Shown: positions 1-11,200, numbered from the stretch's first letter. The stretch: 51,543 nucleotides of DNA from Candidatus Hydrogenedentota bacterium (GCA_046583315.1 JAYGCN010000174.1:1-51543); one strand, 5' to 3'. Numbers and translations are program-made. Notes: generated from the letters alone by a model not told the origin.

Positions 1-1
1 G

Positions 2-91
2 ATCGCGCTCGTGGGAATCGTCAGCGCATTCCTTAGACGCCGATCCCGCAATGCCTACACATTATCCCAGATGAACGAAAACCAAGACTAA
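2..91 (+). CDS. 3' end of a membrane-anchored protein, probably GldG/ABC-type auxiliary family (partial)
   Basis: Frame 2 reads IALVGIVSAFLRRRSRNAYTLSQMNENQD*: a hydrophobic stretch followed by RRR. It lies directly upstream of a DUF4340 gene, the usual GldG-DUF4340 order. Confidence 0.55.
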   Translation: MALVGIVSAFLRRRSRNAYTLSQMNENQD

Positions 92-131
92 GTCGCAACA
101 CGATGTTGCACATGAAAGACGGAGAGACGTT

Positions 132-2072
132 ATGAAGCCGAAAACATTAATCCCCCTCCTGTTGATTTGCGCCGTTTTGGGTGCCGTCATCATGATGAAA
201 CGTTCCACTGAAGAAACCACGACACTTGTCGAGCAGGCGGAACTCACATCCCTGGCACCTGACGGCCTCGATGTTGATTCCGTGAATCGCATCGAAGTCT
301 ATGCCGGTGCTAACAATGGACACCGCGTCATCTTGCAACGAGACGGGGACGGCTGGAAAATAGGCTCTCACTTCGACGCAGTAGCCATCAAAGGTCGTGC
401 ACAGCAACTGTTGGACGCAGTCAACGATATTCAGGGTGAATTTCGCGCGACGGCCACAGACGAACAATTGGCCGACTACGACCTCTCTGTCGAACGCGGA
501 TTCCACGTCATCGGTTTCGACGGCGATGAACGCAACGAGCGGTTCCATGTGATCGTCGGCAAATCCCCAAAATACGGCGACATGTTTATGCGCGCTTCCG
601 GTTCCAACGACGTATACATCGTCAATCACAATCTGCGGCGCGATGCATTCAACTACAGTCTGGACTGGGATGACCCGCCGATGTCCGACCCGTGGACCGA
701 CAAGACCGTCGTCTCCCTCAAAGGTGACGATTACACGAAAATCGAATTGACCATGCCGGACAAGACTCTGGTGGCTGAACTGCGTGAGAAACCGGCTGAA
801 GAAGAAACAGATCCTGCTGACGGCGAAACTACCTCCGCCGTTCCTGCAGACCCCGGAACCGAATGGGTGGTTACGGAAGGTGGACGCGACCGCGCGATAC
901 ATCAAACACCATTTTCCGATCTCACGCGATACATTTCCAATCTCGGCGCCTTCGCAATTCTGTCACCCCTCAAGAAAAACATCTGGGGCCTCGACGAACC
1001 GGGCTATTTCATCACGGCACATCGCGAGAACGGCGAAAAGGTCGCTCTCACGGTATCCCATCAATCCTTTACGGGACCCGCGCATTTGATTCGCACCGAC
1101 AACGACAATCCCACAATTTTTTCCATTACCAATGTAAATTTTGCTGCCTTGTTTGCCTCCGGCGGCTCATTCTACGATTTGCCCGGCCTGCTGCTGGAAG
1201 AAGATTCATTGCGGTCGGTCAATTACGCGACCGAACAAGGCTCGGTTAAACTCGCCAAAACGGACGGCGTATGGACGATCATCTCTCCTGAAGCCGACTT
1301 GGCTCCGAATACATCGGCTCTTTCCAAACTTGAACGTACGCTCTCCTCATGGCAGGCAGTGGACTACGCCGACGATGATGGCAATGCGGATTGGGCGAAT
1401 TCCGGAGACGTGGTTACCTTTGGAAATGAGGATGTCTCCCACACGATAGCGTTGGGCATCGCATCAACACACGCCGCCGGTCGATACGCAAAACTCGATG
1501 ATCAGAACGACCGTCTCGTCATGAGCCAGACCAATGTCGATCAGATTTTCCTGCCCCTGGGTCAACTTTTTGAAACCGACCTGTTCACACTCGGCGATGA
1601 AGATGAAATAACACAGATTGAGATCACGAAAGCCAGCGACGAAATGACGCTGACCCTTGCGGACGGCGTTTGGAGTGCAACGGTCGCCGATGAATCATTC
1701 GATACGCGCGCGAAAAGCATCTCCGACTTCATCGCGACCATCGAGGGATTAGAATCCGTAGATGTCCAACTCGCCGATGCGCGTTCCAACGGCGCAATGG
1801 TCGGTTCCGTGACACTGAACACGGCACAAGGCGTTGAATGGGTGCTGCGCATCGAGGAACAAGTGGACGGGAACTACCCCGCGATTGTAAATGACACCCA
1901 GGCCGCAAACATGATCGACCAGAAAACCTTCAACAAACTATTCCCAAGCTTCGAAGCCTTCAAGGCCGTCGAAGGTGAAGAAACGGGCGCAGACAACGAG
2001 GCAGCGTTCCAAGGTCAAAAATTGGTCGGTTTCGGCGATGTGCAAGATAGTCACGAAGGCCACAACCACTAG
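132..2072 (+). CDS. DUF4340 domain-containing protein (about three tandem domains), N-terminal membrane anchor
   Basis: 646 aa with an N-terminal TM segment. Repeated 'I..IE...L.R.gd.W.I' and 'LADYDL / WGLDEP' blocks are typical of DUF4340. GGAG precedes the ATG. Confidence 0.75.
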   Translation: MKPKTLIPLLLICAVLGAVIMMKRSTEETTTLVEQAELTSLAPDGLDVDSVNRIEVYAGANNGHRVILQRDGDGWKIGSHFDAVAIKGRAQQLLDAVNDIQGEFRATATDEQLADYDLSVERGFHVIGFDGDERNERFHVIVGKSPKYGDMFMRASGSNDVYIVNHNLRRDAFNYSLDWDDPPMSDPWTDKTVVSLKGDDYTKIELTMPDKTLVAELREKPAEEETDPADGETTSAVPADPGTEWVVTEGGRDRAIHQTPFSDLTRYISNLGAFAILSPLKKNIWGLDEPGYFITAHRENGEKVALTVSHQSFTGPAHLIRTDNDNPTIFSITNVNFAALFASGGSFYDLPGLLLEEDSLRSVNYATEQGSVKLAKTDGVWTIISPEADLAPNTSALSKLERTLSSWQAVDYADDDGNADWANSGDVVTFGNEDVSHTIALGIASTHAAGRYAKLDDQNDRLVMSQTNVDQIFLPLGQLFETDLFTLGDEDEITQIEITKASDEMTLTLADGVWSATVADESFDTRAKSISDFIATIEGLESVDVQLADARSNGAMVGSVTLNTAQGVEWVLRIEEQVDGNYPAIVNDTQAANMIDQKTFNKLFPSFEAFKAVEGEETGADNEAAFQGQKLVGFGDVQDSHEGHNH

Positions 2073-2087
2073 CCCAGTCACGACCCA

Positions 2088-3227
2088 TCACGCGTAGTAG
2101 CCAACAATCGTATCCGCCACATAGGCCAGCTGGTCTTCGGAGAGGTCCGGATAAATCGGTAGCGCGACGGTCTGCGCCGACACCGCCTCGCTCACGGGGA
2201 AATCGCCCTTCGAATACCCGAGACTCGCAAAACACTCCTGCGCGTGAAACGGTAGTGGATAATACACGTCGTGGCCTATCGATTTGTCGTTCAGATGCTG
2301 CCGTAACCCGTCGCGATCACCCGGTACGGTCAACGTGTATTGATTGTAGATGTGGTGCTCGCGACCATGGGCAATATGCGGCCCTTCCACCGCTGTCCCG
2401 CCAAAACGATCGTCGTAGTACGTCGCGTTGGCCCGACGTTTTTCATGCCATGAATTCAGATGCGGCAACTTCACAGACAACACCACCGCCTGCAAGGGGT
2501 CCAAACGAAAATTCCCGCCGATGAGCGCGTGATAATACTTGGGTTCCATTCCGTGGTTGCGCAACATGCGCAGTCGATTCGCGAATGCTTCGTCGTTGGT
2601 CACCACCATACCGCCATCGCCCGCGCCGCCAAGATTCTTGCTCGGGAAAAACGAGAAGCATCCAGCCAATCCAATCGTACCCGCCTGCCGGGTGCCGCGC
2701 TCACCGGGATAGGTCGCCCCGATGGCTTGCGCGGCGTCTTCGATAACGGGTACCTTGTATCGGTCCGCAATATCCATGATGCGATCCATATCCGCGCACT
2801 GCCCGAAGAGATGCACCGGCATAATGGCCTTGACGCGATCCCTATCATCGGGGTGGTCATCGAACCACTGCGCCAACGAATCGGGATTGATGTTGAATGT
2901 GTCCGAATCAATATCCACAAACACCGGCAGCGCGTTCAATCGTGATATCGTACCCGCCGTCGCAAAAAACGAATAGGCGGTCGTCAACACGATATCGCCC
3001 GGGCCTACGCCAAGGGTCATCAACGAGACCAACAACGCATCCGTACCAGAAGTCACCCCAACGGCATACTGCGCGCCCGTGTACGCCGCAATCTGCGCCT
3101 CCAAGGCTTCCACCTTCGGACCCATAACATACTGGGTCGATGCCAATACCTCCAACACAACCGAATCGATTTCATCCTTCAAGGCCCGATACTGCGGGCC
3201 CAAATCCAATAACGGAACATTCATCAT
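2088..3227 (-). CDS. DegT/DnrJ/EryC1/StrS family PLP-dependent sugar aminotransferase
   Basis: VPLLDL start, SGTDAL, PVHLFGQ, IEDAAQAIGA, SFFPSKNLG (PLP lysine), NFRLDPLQA. Confidence 0.95.
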   Translation of the reverse strand: MMNVPLLDLGPQYRALKDEIDSVVLEVLASTQYVMGPKVEALEAQIAAYTGAQYAVGVTSGTDALLVSLMTLGVGPGDIVLTTAYSFFATAGTISRLNALPVFVDIDSDTFNINPDSLAQWFDDHPDDRDRVKAIMPVHLFGQCADMDRIMDIADRYKVPVIEDAAQAIGATYPGERGTRQAGTIGLAGCFSFFPSKNLGGAGDGGMVVTNDEAFANRLRMLRNHGMEPKYYHALIGGNFRLDPLQAVVLSVKLPHLNSWHEKRRANATYYDDRFGGTAVEGPHIAHGREHHIYNQYTLTVPGDRDGLRQHLNDKSIGHDVYYPLPFHAQECFASLGYSKGDFPVSEAVSAQTVALPIYPDLSEDQLAYVADTIVGYYA

Positions 3228-3354
3228 CTTTTCCTGTGGTCGCGAAACTGAAAGCCCCTATTATAAGGAAATTACCGGCCAAACACACTCACGCACTCGC
3301 CAATGATTTGCCGAACCCCATTGAGGATGCAACGCATCCGCCAGTCTTTCTTTT

Positions 3355-3388
3355 ACTTCTTTTCTTTCTTCTCAGAAAGAAAAGAAGT
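3355..3388. repeat. Perfect 15-bp inverted repeat (ACTTCTTTTCTTTCT-tctc-AGAAAGAAAAGAAGT)
   Basis: Arms 3355-3369 and 3374-3388 are exact reverse complements. It lies in the divergent degT/surA intergenic region. Confidence 0.9.
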
Positions 3389-3399
3389 GACAGGCGAAA

Positions 3400-3454
3400 T
3401 TCTGCTGTGTTATGCTGGTGTCGATTCAATTAGACACCTCAGCATACAGCAGGA
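3400..3454 (+). promoter_or_regulatory. Long imperfect hairpin whose 3' arm reaches into the surA Shine-Dalgarno
   Basis: CTGCTG..TATGCTG-GTGTC pairs with GACAC..CAGCATA-CAGCAG. AGGA at 3451-3454 lies 8 nt before ATG 3463. Confidence 0.55.
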
Positions 3455-3462
3455 AACCGTCC

Positions 3463-4425
3463 ATGAAACGACTCGTTCTCAGCATCGCCCTCACCGCCAG
3501 TCTCTTCAACATCGCATCAGCCGACCTCGTCGATGCCATTGCCGCCAAAGTTGACCAGGAAATCATTCTCGTCAGTGAAGTATTGGGGCTGATCGGAGGG
3601 GAAATGGAGAATATTCGAAAGACCGCCAGGACGCAAGAAGAATACGAGCAAAAAACAGACGCGTTGATGATGGGCACCCTCAAGGAAATCATCGAAAACA
3701 AAATACTGTATCGAGAGGCATTGCGGGCCTCGATTGTGGTCAGTGACGATGCGGTAGAAAAGGACATTGACGATTTCCGCGATAAATTCGAAAACACAGA
3801 AAACTTCATGGCCTACCTAAACGATGCCGGCGTGACACTAAACAGCTATCGCGAGCAGACCCGCAAGAGAATGATGGCCAATTATATGATGGGTACGAAA
3901 CTGCGCGATCTGGAATTGGCCGTCGTGATCAACGAGAAAGATGTAACCAATTATTTCAACGAAAATATGGAAAAATACAGTCGGCCTGAACGAGTCTATG
4001 TACGACAGATCAATCTGCAGGTTCGACGCAATACACCTGAACGCGAGAAGGCCAAAACGCGTCTAGAGGGCATCCGCGATGAAATCCGTGATGGCGCGGA
4101 TTTCAACGAAATGGCCAAGCGTCACTCACAGGCGGTCGGTGCCGAAGACGGAGGCATCATCGGTTGGAATGCCGCTGGAGATCTGGTGCCCGTGCTAGAA
4201 GAGGCGGCGTTTTCGTTGGATCCCGGCGAAGTCAGCGATATTGTCGGAACGCCCTTCGGGCTTCACCTGTTGAAAGTCGATAAACGCGAGGCCGCTAGCG
4301 ATGTGGAACTCAGCGAAGTCCGCGGCCAAATCGAACCCGCCCTGCGCCGGAACAAAGCGACTGATCGCTACGAAAAATGGCTCAACGATTTGCGCAAACG
4401 CAGTAACGTGCGTATCTACCTGTAA
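3463..4425 (+). CDS. surA: SurA-like periplasmic chaperone / PpiC-type peptidyl-prolyl isomerase
   Basis: Signal peptide MKRLVLSIALTASLFNIASA, SurA_N-like 'VDAIAAKVDQEIILVSEV', and a rotamase domain (GADFNEMAKRHS..GGIIGW..GEVSDIVGTPFGLHLLKV). Start moved to ATG 3463 after AGGA. Confidence 0.85.
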   Translation: MKRLVLSIALTASLFNIASADLVDAIAAKVDQEIILVSEVLGLIGGEMENIRKTARTQEEYEQKTDALMMGTLKEIIENKILYREALRASIVVSDDAVEKDIDDFRDKFENTENFMAYLNDAGVTLNSYREQTRKRMMANYMMGTKLRDLELAVVINEKDVTNYFNENMEKYSRPERVYVRQINLQVRRNTPEREKAKTRLEGIRDEIRDGADFNEMAKRHSQAVGAEDGGIIGWNAAGDLVPVLEEAAFSLDPGEVSDIVGTPFGLHLLKVDKREAASDVELSEVRGQIEPALRRNKATDRYEKWLNDLRKRSNVRIYL

Positions 4426-4444
4426 TTGCGTATCTACCTGTAAT
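4409..4444 (+). repeat. Perfect 18-bp tandem duplication TGCGTATCTACCTGTAAT x2
   Basis: Copies at 4409-4426 and 4427-4444. The first contains the surA stop codon. Confidence 0.95.
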
Positions 4445-4456
4445 GAAGAGGCTTCC

Positions 4457-5908
4457 ATGACACGAACCTTCCCGCAATTCATCTTGGCGTTTTCCCTAAT
4501 TCTGATGCTTGCTGGCGTAGTGCAAGCCGAACAAATGAAACCCAACATCGTCATCATTCTCGCCGATCAATGGCGCGCACAGGCCACGGGTTACGCAGGC
4601 GATCCCAATCTGCAAGGCAAGACACCAAACCTCGATCAATTGCAACGTCAAAGCATCGATTTCACCAATGCGGTCTCCGGTATGCCGGTATGCACGCCCT
4701 TCCGCGCGAGTCTGCTCACGGGCCAATACGCGCAGACACACGGACTCTTCCTCAACGACTTACAGTTGCCTGATGATGCCGATACGATGGCAGAAATTTT
4801 GGGTCGCGCCGGGTACGAAACCGGCTTCATCGGCAAATGGCATCTGGACGGACACGGACGTCGTGCACCGATTCCGCAGGAACGCCATCAGGGTTTCGAC
4901 TATTGGAAAGTGCTCGAATGCACGCATGATTACAACAACTCCTACTACTACGAAGGCGACCAGGAAATCATTCAACACTGGGAAGACTACGATGCCTTCG
5001 CGCAAGCCAAAGATGCCGAAGCCTACATCGCCCAACGGGCCAAATCCGAAAAACCCTACGCGCTCATTCTCAGCTGGGGACCACCCCACAACCCCTACCA
5101 ATCCGCGCCGGAATCCTTTCGCGCGATGTTCGATGCTGAGTCAATTCAGTTACGCCCCAACGTAACCGACCCCAAATACAAAAAAGATCTCGCCGGATAC
5201 TACGCGCACATCGCCGCTCTCGATCATAGTCTGGGCGAATTGCTCGCGACCATCGATGCCACGGGCGAAGCGAAGAACACCATCCTCATTTTCACCTCCG
5301 ACCACGGCGACATGATAGGGTCACAAAATCTCATTCGCAAACAGAAACCCTGGGACGAATCGATTCGCGTACCATTCTTGCTGCGCTATCCCGCCGCGCA
5401 TGGTGACGAGGGCCGCATCATCACCACCCCGCTCAACACGCCGGACATCTTGCCGACACTGCTGGGATTATCGGATGTCGGTATACCGGGATCGGTTGAA
5501 GGCCGGGACTGGTCCACGGTTATTCGCTCCAGCGAAAACCCTCCCGATGCCCCGGCACTCATCGCCTGCATCGCTCCCTTCGGCGAGTGGATTCGAAAAA
5601 AAGGCGGCAAAGAGTTTCGCGGCGTACGTACCGCCCGCTATTCCTTCGTCATGGATCGCATGGGACCGTGGCTATTGTTCGACAACGAAAACGACCCCTA
5701 TCAGATGGAGAATCTTGTGAATCATCCTGAGCTAAGTGACGTTCAATCACTGCTCAAGATACACCTTGTCACTCTGCTTGAAGACCGGAAAGACGCCTTT
5801 CTGCATGGCGACGAATATGTGAAGCAGTGGGGGTATACGGTAAACGAGAATGGAACGGTGCCCTATGCCAACGAAATTCCGGAAGAATCTCGGATAAAGC
5901 AGCCCTAG
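4457..5908 (+). CDS. Secreted Cys-type (formylglycine) sulfatase, family S1
   Basis: Signal peptide, KPNIVIILADQ, CTPFRASLLTG (CxPxR), GKWHLDG, PPHNPY, FTSDHGD. Start ATG 4457 follows GAGG. Confidence 0.93.
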   Translation: MTRTFPQFILAFSLILMLAGVVQAEQMKPNIVIILADQWRAQATGYAGDPNLQGKTPNLDQLQRQSIDFTNAVSGMPVCTPFRASLLTGQYAQTHGLFLNDLQLPDDADTMAEILGRAGYETGFIGKWHLDGHGRRAPIPQERHQGFDYWKVLECTHDYNNSYYYEGDQEIIQHWEDYDAFAQAKDAEAYIAQRAKSEKPYALILSWGPPHNPYQSAPESFRAMFDAESIQLRPNVTDPKYKKDLAGYYAHIAALDHSLGELLATIDATGEAKNTILIFTSDHGDMIGSQNLIRKQKPWDESIRVPFLLRYPAAHGDEGRIITTPLNTPDILPTLLGLSDVGIPGSVEGRDWSTVIRSSENPPDAPALIACIAPFGEWIRKKGGKEFRGVRTARYSFVMDRMGPWLLFDNENDPYQMENLVNHPELSDVQSLLKIHLVTLLEDRKDAFLHGDEYVKQWGYTVNENGTVPYANEIPEESRIKQP

Positions 5909-5941
5909 CCGCTCCATTATGGTGCATATTTTGGGGTCTAA

Positions 5942-7638
<1,697 letters not shown>

Positions 7639-7703
7639 CCCATAATGAAGGCATATAGAGGAGACGCGACTAAGCCGAAGGCTTATGTACGTCGGGCTGC
7701 ATT

Positions 7704-8687
7704 CTGACACATAAACTGGTATTACATACCCCGGACGAGGCGATTAAACTGCTCGGGCGAAACGGGGAGTTTCGCAAGTACATTCAACAGCACGCTCCCG
7801 TTCGCATTGTAGACCGCGGAAACAACGTGGTCGTCATGGGCGAAGCACCGGAGACCGAAAAAATCGGTGCCATGCTCGACGAATTACTCGTTGCGGTGCG
7901 CAGAGGCCATGTCCCCACCCACGACGACATCGTCTATGCCATGGGCCAATCCGAATCGAAAGGTTCGGAAGATCTTGGCACGGTGCTGGGCGAAGTTCCC
8001 GCTGTGCTTCGACAGGACATCTCCATCAAGCCGCGCACGCATGGACAAAAAGCGTTTATGGACGCAGTACGCACGCACGAAGTCGTATTCGTCATCGGAC
8101 CCGCCGGTACAGGGAAAACATTTCTCGCGATGGCCGCCGCGGTATCGGCGCTGCTCAACAAAGATGTGGAGCGCTTGGTGTTGACCCGTCCTGCCGTGGA
8201 AGCGGGTGAACGTTTGGGCTTTCTTCCGGGCGATCTCAAGGAGAAAGTGGACCCGTATTTATTGCCCCTCTACGATGCGCTGAACGCCATGGTGGATGTC
8301 GAGAAATCCAAACGCATATTCGATCGTGATCAAATAGAAGTCGCGCCACTGGCATACATGCGCGGGCGTACATTGGCCAAGTGTTTCGCCATATTGGACG
8401 AGGCCCAGAACACGACCCCCGAGCAAATGAAAATGTTCCTCACACGGCTCGGCGAAGGTTCGCGCGCGATCATCACAGGCGATGTCACCCAAATAGACTT
8501 GCCCTCGCACGTCTCGTCGGGCCTTGTCGAGGCGAACAAGATTCTACAGAACACCGAAGGCGTCGCCATTGTCCACCTTGAAAATTCGGACATCGTTCGC
8601 CATCGCATCGTTCAGAATATTGTAGATGCCTACGACGTGTACGAGGCCGGTTCGCTCAAACCCTTCAGCGAAGAGCGCAAGGCATGA
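7704..8687 (+). CDS. phoH: PhoH family ATPase, probable non-canonical CTG start
   Basis: GPAGTGKT, TRPAVEAGERLGFLPGDL, APLAYMRGRTL, ILDEAQN, TGDVTQIDLP. The frame is open upstream of GTG 7827 and encodes the typical N-terminal segment (LLGRNGEFRKYIQ..VRIVDRGNNV). The exact start is uncertain. Confidence 0.9.
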   Translation: MTHKLVLHTPDEAIKLLGRNGEFRKYIQQHAPVRIVDRGNNVVVMGEAPETEKIGAMLDELLVAVRRGHVPTHDDIVYAMGQSESKGSEDLGTVLGEVPAVLRQDISIKPRTHGQKAFMDAVRTHEVVFVIGPAGTGKTFLAMAAAVSALLNKDVERLVLTRPAVEAGERLGFLPGDLKEKVDPYLLPLYDALNAMVDVEKSKRIFDRDQIEVAPLAYMRGRTLAKCFAILDEAQNTTPEQMKMFLTRLGEGSRAIITGDVTQIDLPSHVSSGLVEANKILQNTEGVAIVHLENSDIVRHRIVQNIVDAYDVYEAGSLKPFSEERKA

Positions 8688-11200
8688 TCGATTTCTTCCG
8701 TAGACGTTCAAAACCCGGCAACGGGTTCTCTTTGGGACCCGTGGAGTCATCCCCCTCACTGGCGCACCGAAAACAGCGGCTCCAGAACCTGTTCACCTTG
8801 TTGGTCTTGGCGCTTCTGGTCGCCAGCGTTACCGACATTCCCATCCTGAATGACTCCAGCAACCAACCCGATATCGAATCACAATCCATCGCCTCGCAAA
8901 GCGTTGTGGCGGCGTTTGCCTTTCAATCGGAGAATCTGGACGCGACCCGCGAGAAACGCGAATTGGCCGCTGTTGGCGTACCCAATACCTGGCATATCAA
9001 TACCGAACGCGTGGCAAGCCAACTTGAGAATCTTCAACTGCGGATCACCACCCTCAGCGGTCGCACCGATGAAGTGCGTGAAGCCATCGTGGCGGCATTG
9101 GCGCAATCCGCCGCCAACCAGTCCCTTGAGGCCATTGTTGATGCGGTCCTGCTCGAACTGGCCACAGAATGGAAAGAGGGCCCTTTATCCAACGGATTTC
9201 CGGAAATTGCTGAGATCACCGCCTGGATTCAACCCAATTTTTCCACCCTACCCAATCGATTTTACGAAGAAGACACCGAAGAGAATGCAGGAAATACCAA
9301 CCGGGCGGTCATTCGTCTGGAACCTGCGGACGGCTCCGAAATCGAATTCAGCAACCTCATTCCTCTCACCGATCTTTCCCATCAAGCACTTGAGTATTTG
9401 CTGAACACGGGAATCAAACAACAGGGCAGCATGACCGGCTCGGAAAATGAAAACGCGCCCGATTACATCATCATCGAACGGGAACGCGCCAACATTGTGG
9501 GTGACCTGAAAGTCTACGACGAACGCCCAATCAAAGAGGTACCCGACACGCTCTCCGCGCGCGTATTGCTACTGACCAAAGTGCGTGACCTGAGCAAGGA
9601 ACTTCAGAACGACTACGAAGAAACCTTCAGCAACTGGGAACGCCTCCAAGTGGCCGCCTCGGAATTGGCAAAACTTTCTATCACCGACACCCTGTCCTAC
9701 AATCGCGTCAGAACAGAATCGGCGCGAGAAAAAGTGCGGCAAAAAACGCCTCCCGTAATGACAAAAATAGAAGCAAACCAGATGCTTCAGGAAGAAAACT
9801 ATCAATGGACCCGGCAATCGCGCCACGATGTGCATGAGTATTGGCGGCTGACCAGTGGGCTTGCCCAAAAGCCGGGCAGCCTCTTCGTGCCGCTCTTTTC
9901 CAATCTCATCATCGTGTCCCTGATTCTCCTGGGCATGTACCGCGCCGTTGCCGTGCTTGAGTCACCGCATACGAACGCATTCAAATCCATCAATATCATG
10001 ATGTTGATTATCGTTGCAACGGTCGTGCTAGGCCGGATTCTGTGGTTTTTCGAATTAACTGGCTTCCTGATTCCCGTGACAGCCAGCGCAGTGCTTTTGA
10101 CCATCCTGACCAACGCGCGCCTCGCCGCGATCGCCAGCATCGTGATCAGCATCATGCTCTCGATTCAGTTCAGCCAGGACTGGCGACTGCTCGTCGTCAC
10201 GGGTACCATGAGTTTTACCGGAATCATGAGCATCTACCGCGTTCGCAAACGCCGCGACATCACGTCGGCCATCATCAAGGCGACCGTGCTGGGCGGGGTA
10301 GTCGTGCTGGCGACGACACTGTCACTCGATGCCCCAATCGATTCCACCTTCGAATTTCTGGCACTCGTCACCATCAACGGTCTCATTTGCAGTTTCCTGG
10401 TTCCAGGATTGCTCTCGCCGCTGGAGCGTCTCTTCGCGGTGACGACCGACATTCAATTGCTGGAATATTCAGACTTGAATAACGAAATTCTCAACAAGCT
10501 CGCCATCAAAGTACCGGCCACCTACGCCCATAGTCTGATGATGGGCCAGCTCGCCGAGACGGCCTGCGATGCAATCGGTGCGAACGGTCTGCTTGCCCGG
10601 GTTTGCGCCTATTATCACGACATCGGCAAACTGCGACGTCCCGAATATTTCAGCGAAAACCAAACCGGCTACAATGTGCACGACGACATGTCGCCACGCC
10701 TGAGCGCGCGCGCCATCGCCTCCCACGTGACCGAAGGGGTGGAGCTTGCCCGGGAATATCATCTGCCCCAGCCGATTATCCGCGGCATTCTGGAGCATCA
10801 CGGCACCATGCTCATCAGTTTTTTCTATCAGCAGGCTCTCGACCAGCAAAAACACGGGGACGTGCGTGAGGAAGACTTCCGCTATCCCGGACCCAAACCC
10901 CAGAGTCGTGAGACGGCCATCTTGATGATCTGCGACGGGGTTGAATCCGGCGTACGCACCATCAAGAGTCCTAACGAGGATCGGGTGCGCGACTTCATTG
11001 ATAAAATCATCCAGGGCCGCTCAGCCGATCGCCAGTTCGACGAGTGTGATTTAACACTCAAGCAGCTCGACACGATTCGAGATGTCTTGACCAGCGTAGT
11101 ATTGTCTACGCACCACAGTCGGGTCTCCTACCCCGAGCGCCCTTCGCTGGAAGAGGCGCCAAACGTCATCCACATCAGCACGGGAGGCCACCGACGTTAA
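8684..11200 (+). CDS. pgpH: 7TM-HD membrane phosphohydrolase, PgpH-like (probable c-di-AMP phosphodiesterase)
   Basis: N-terminal TM, large extracytoplasmic domain, multi-TM region, then LLEYSDLN..PATYAHS..YYHDIGK..YFSENQ..EHHGT..FRYPGPKPQSRETAILMICD. Confidence 0.88.
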   Translation: MIDFFRRRSKPGNGFSLGPVESSPSLAHRKQRLQNLFTLLVLALLVASVTDIPILNDSSNQPDIESQSIASQSVVAAFAFQSENLDATREKRELAAVGVPNTWHINTERVASQLENLQLRITTLSGRTDEVREAIVAALAQSAANQSLEAIVDAVLLELATEWKEGPLSNGFPEIAEITAWIQPNFSTLPNRFYEEDTEENAGNTNRAVIRLEPADGSEIEFSNLIPLTDLSHQALEYLLNTGIKQQGSMTGSENENAPDYIIIERERANIVGDLKVYDERPIKEVPDTLSARVLLLTKVRDLSKELQNDYEETFSNWERLQVAASELAKLSITDTLSYNRVRTESAREKVRQKTPPVMTKIEANQMLQEENYQWTRQSRHDVHEYWRLTSGLAQKPGSLFVPLFSNLIIVSLILLGMYRAVAVLESPHTNAFKSINIMMLIIVATVVLGRILWFFELTGFLIPVTASAVLLTILTNARLAAIASIVISIMLSIQFSQDWRLLVVTGTMSFTGIMSIYRVRKRRDITSAIIKATVLGGVVVLATTLSLDAPIDSTFEFLALVTINGLICSFLVPGLLSPLERLFAVTTDIQLLEYSDLNNEILNKLAIKVPATYAHSLMMGQLAETACDAIGANGLLARVCAYYHDIGKLRRPEYFSENQTGYNVHDDMSPRLSARAIASHVTEGVELAREYHLPQPIIRGILEHHGTMLISFFYQQALDQQKHGDVREEDFRYPGPKPQSRETAILMICDGVESGVRTIKSPNEDRVRDFIDKIIQGRSADRQFDECDLTLKQLDTIRDVLTSVVLSTHHSRVSYPERPSLEEAPNVIHISTGGHRR

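Noticed and set aside
4301..4456. N-terminal extension of the sulfatase ORF containing CVSTCNCVSTCN
   Set aside because: It is just the 18-bp DNA duplication read in that frame; the real start is ATG 4457 with an SD and signal peptide.
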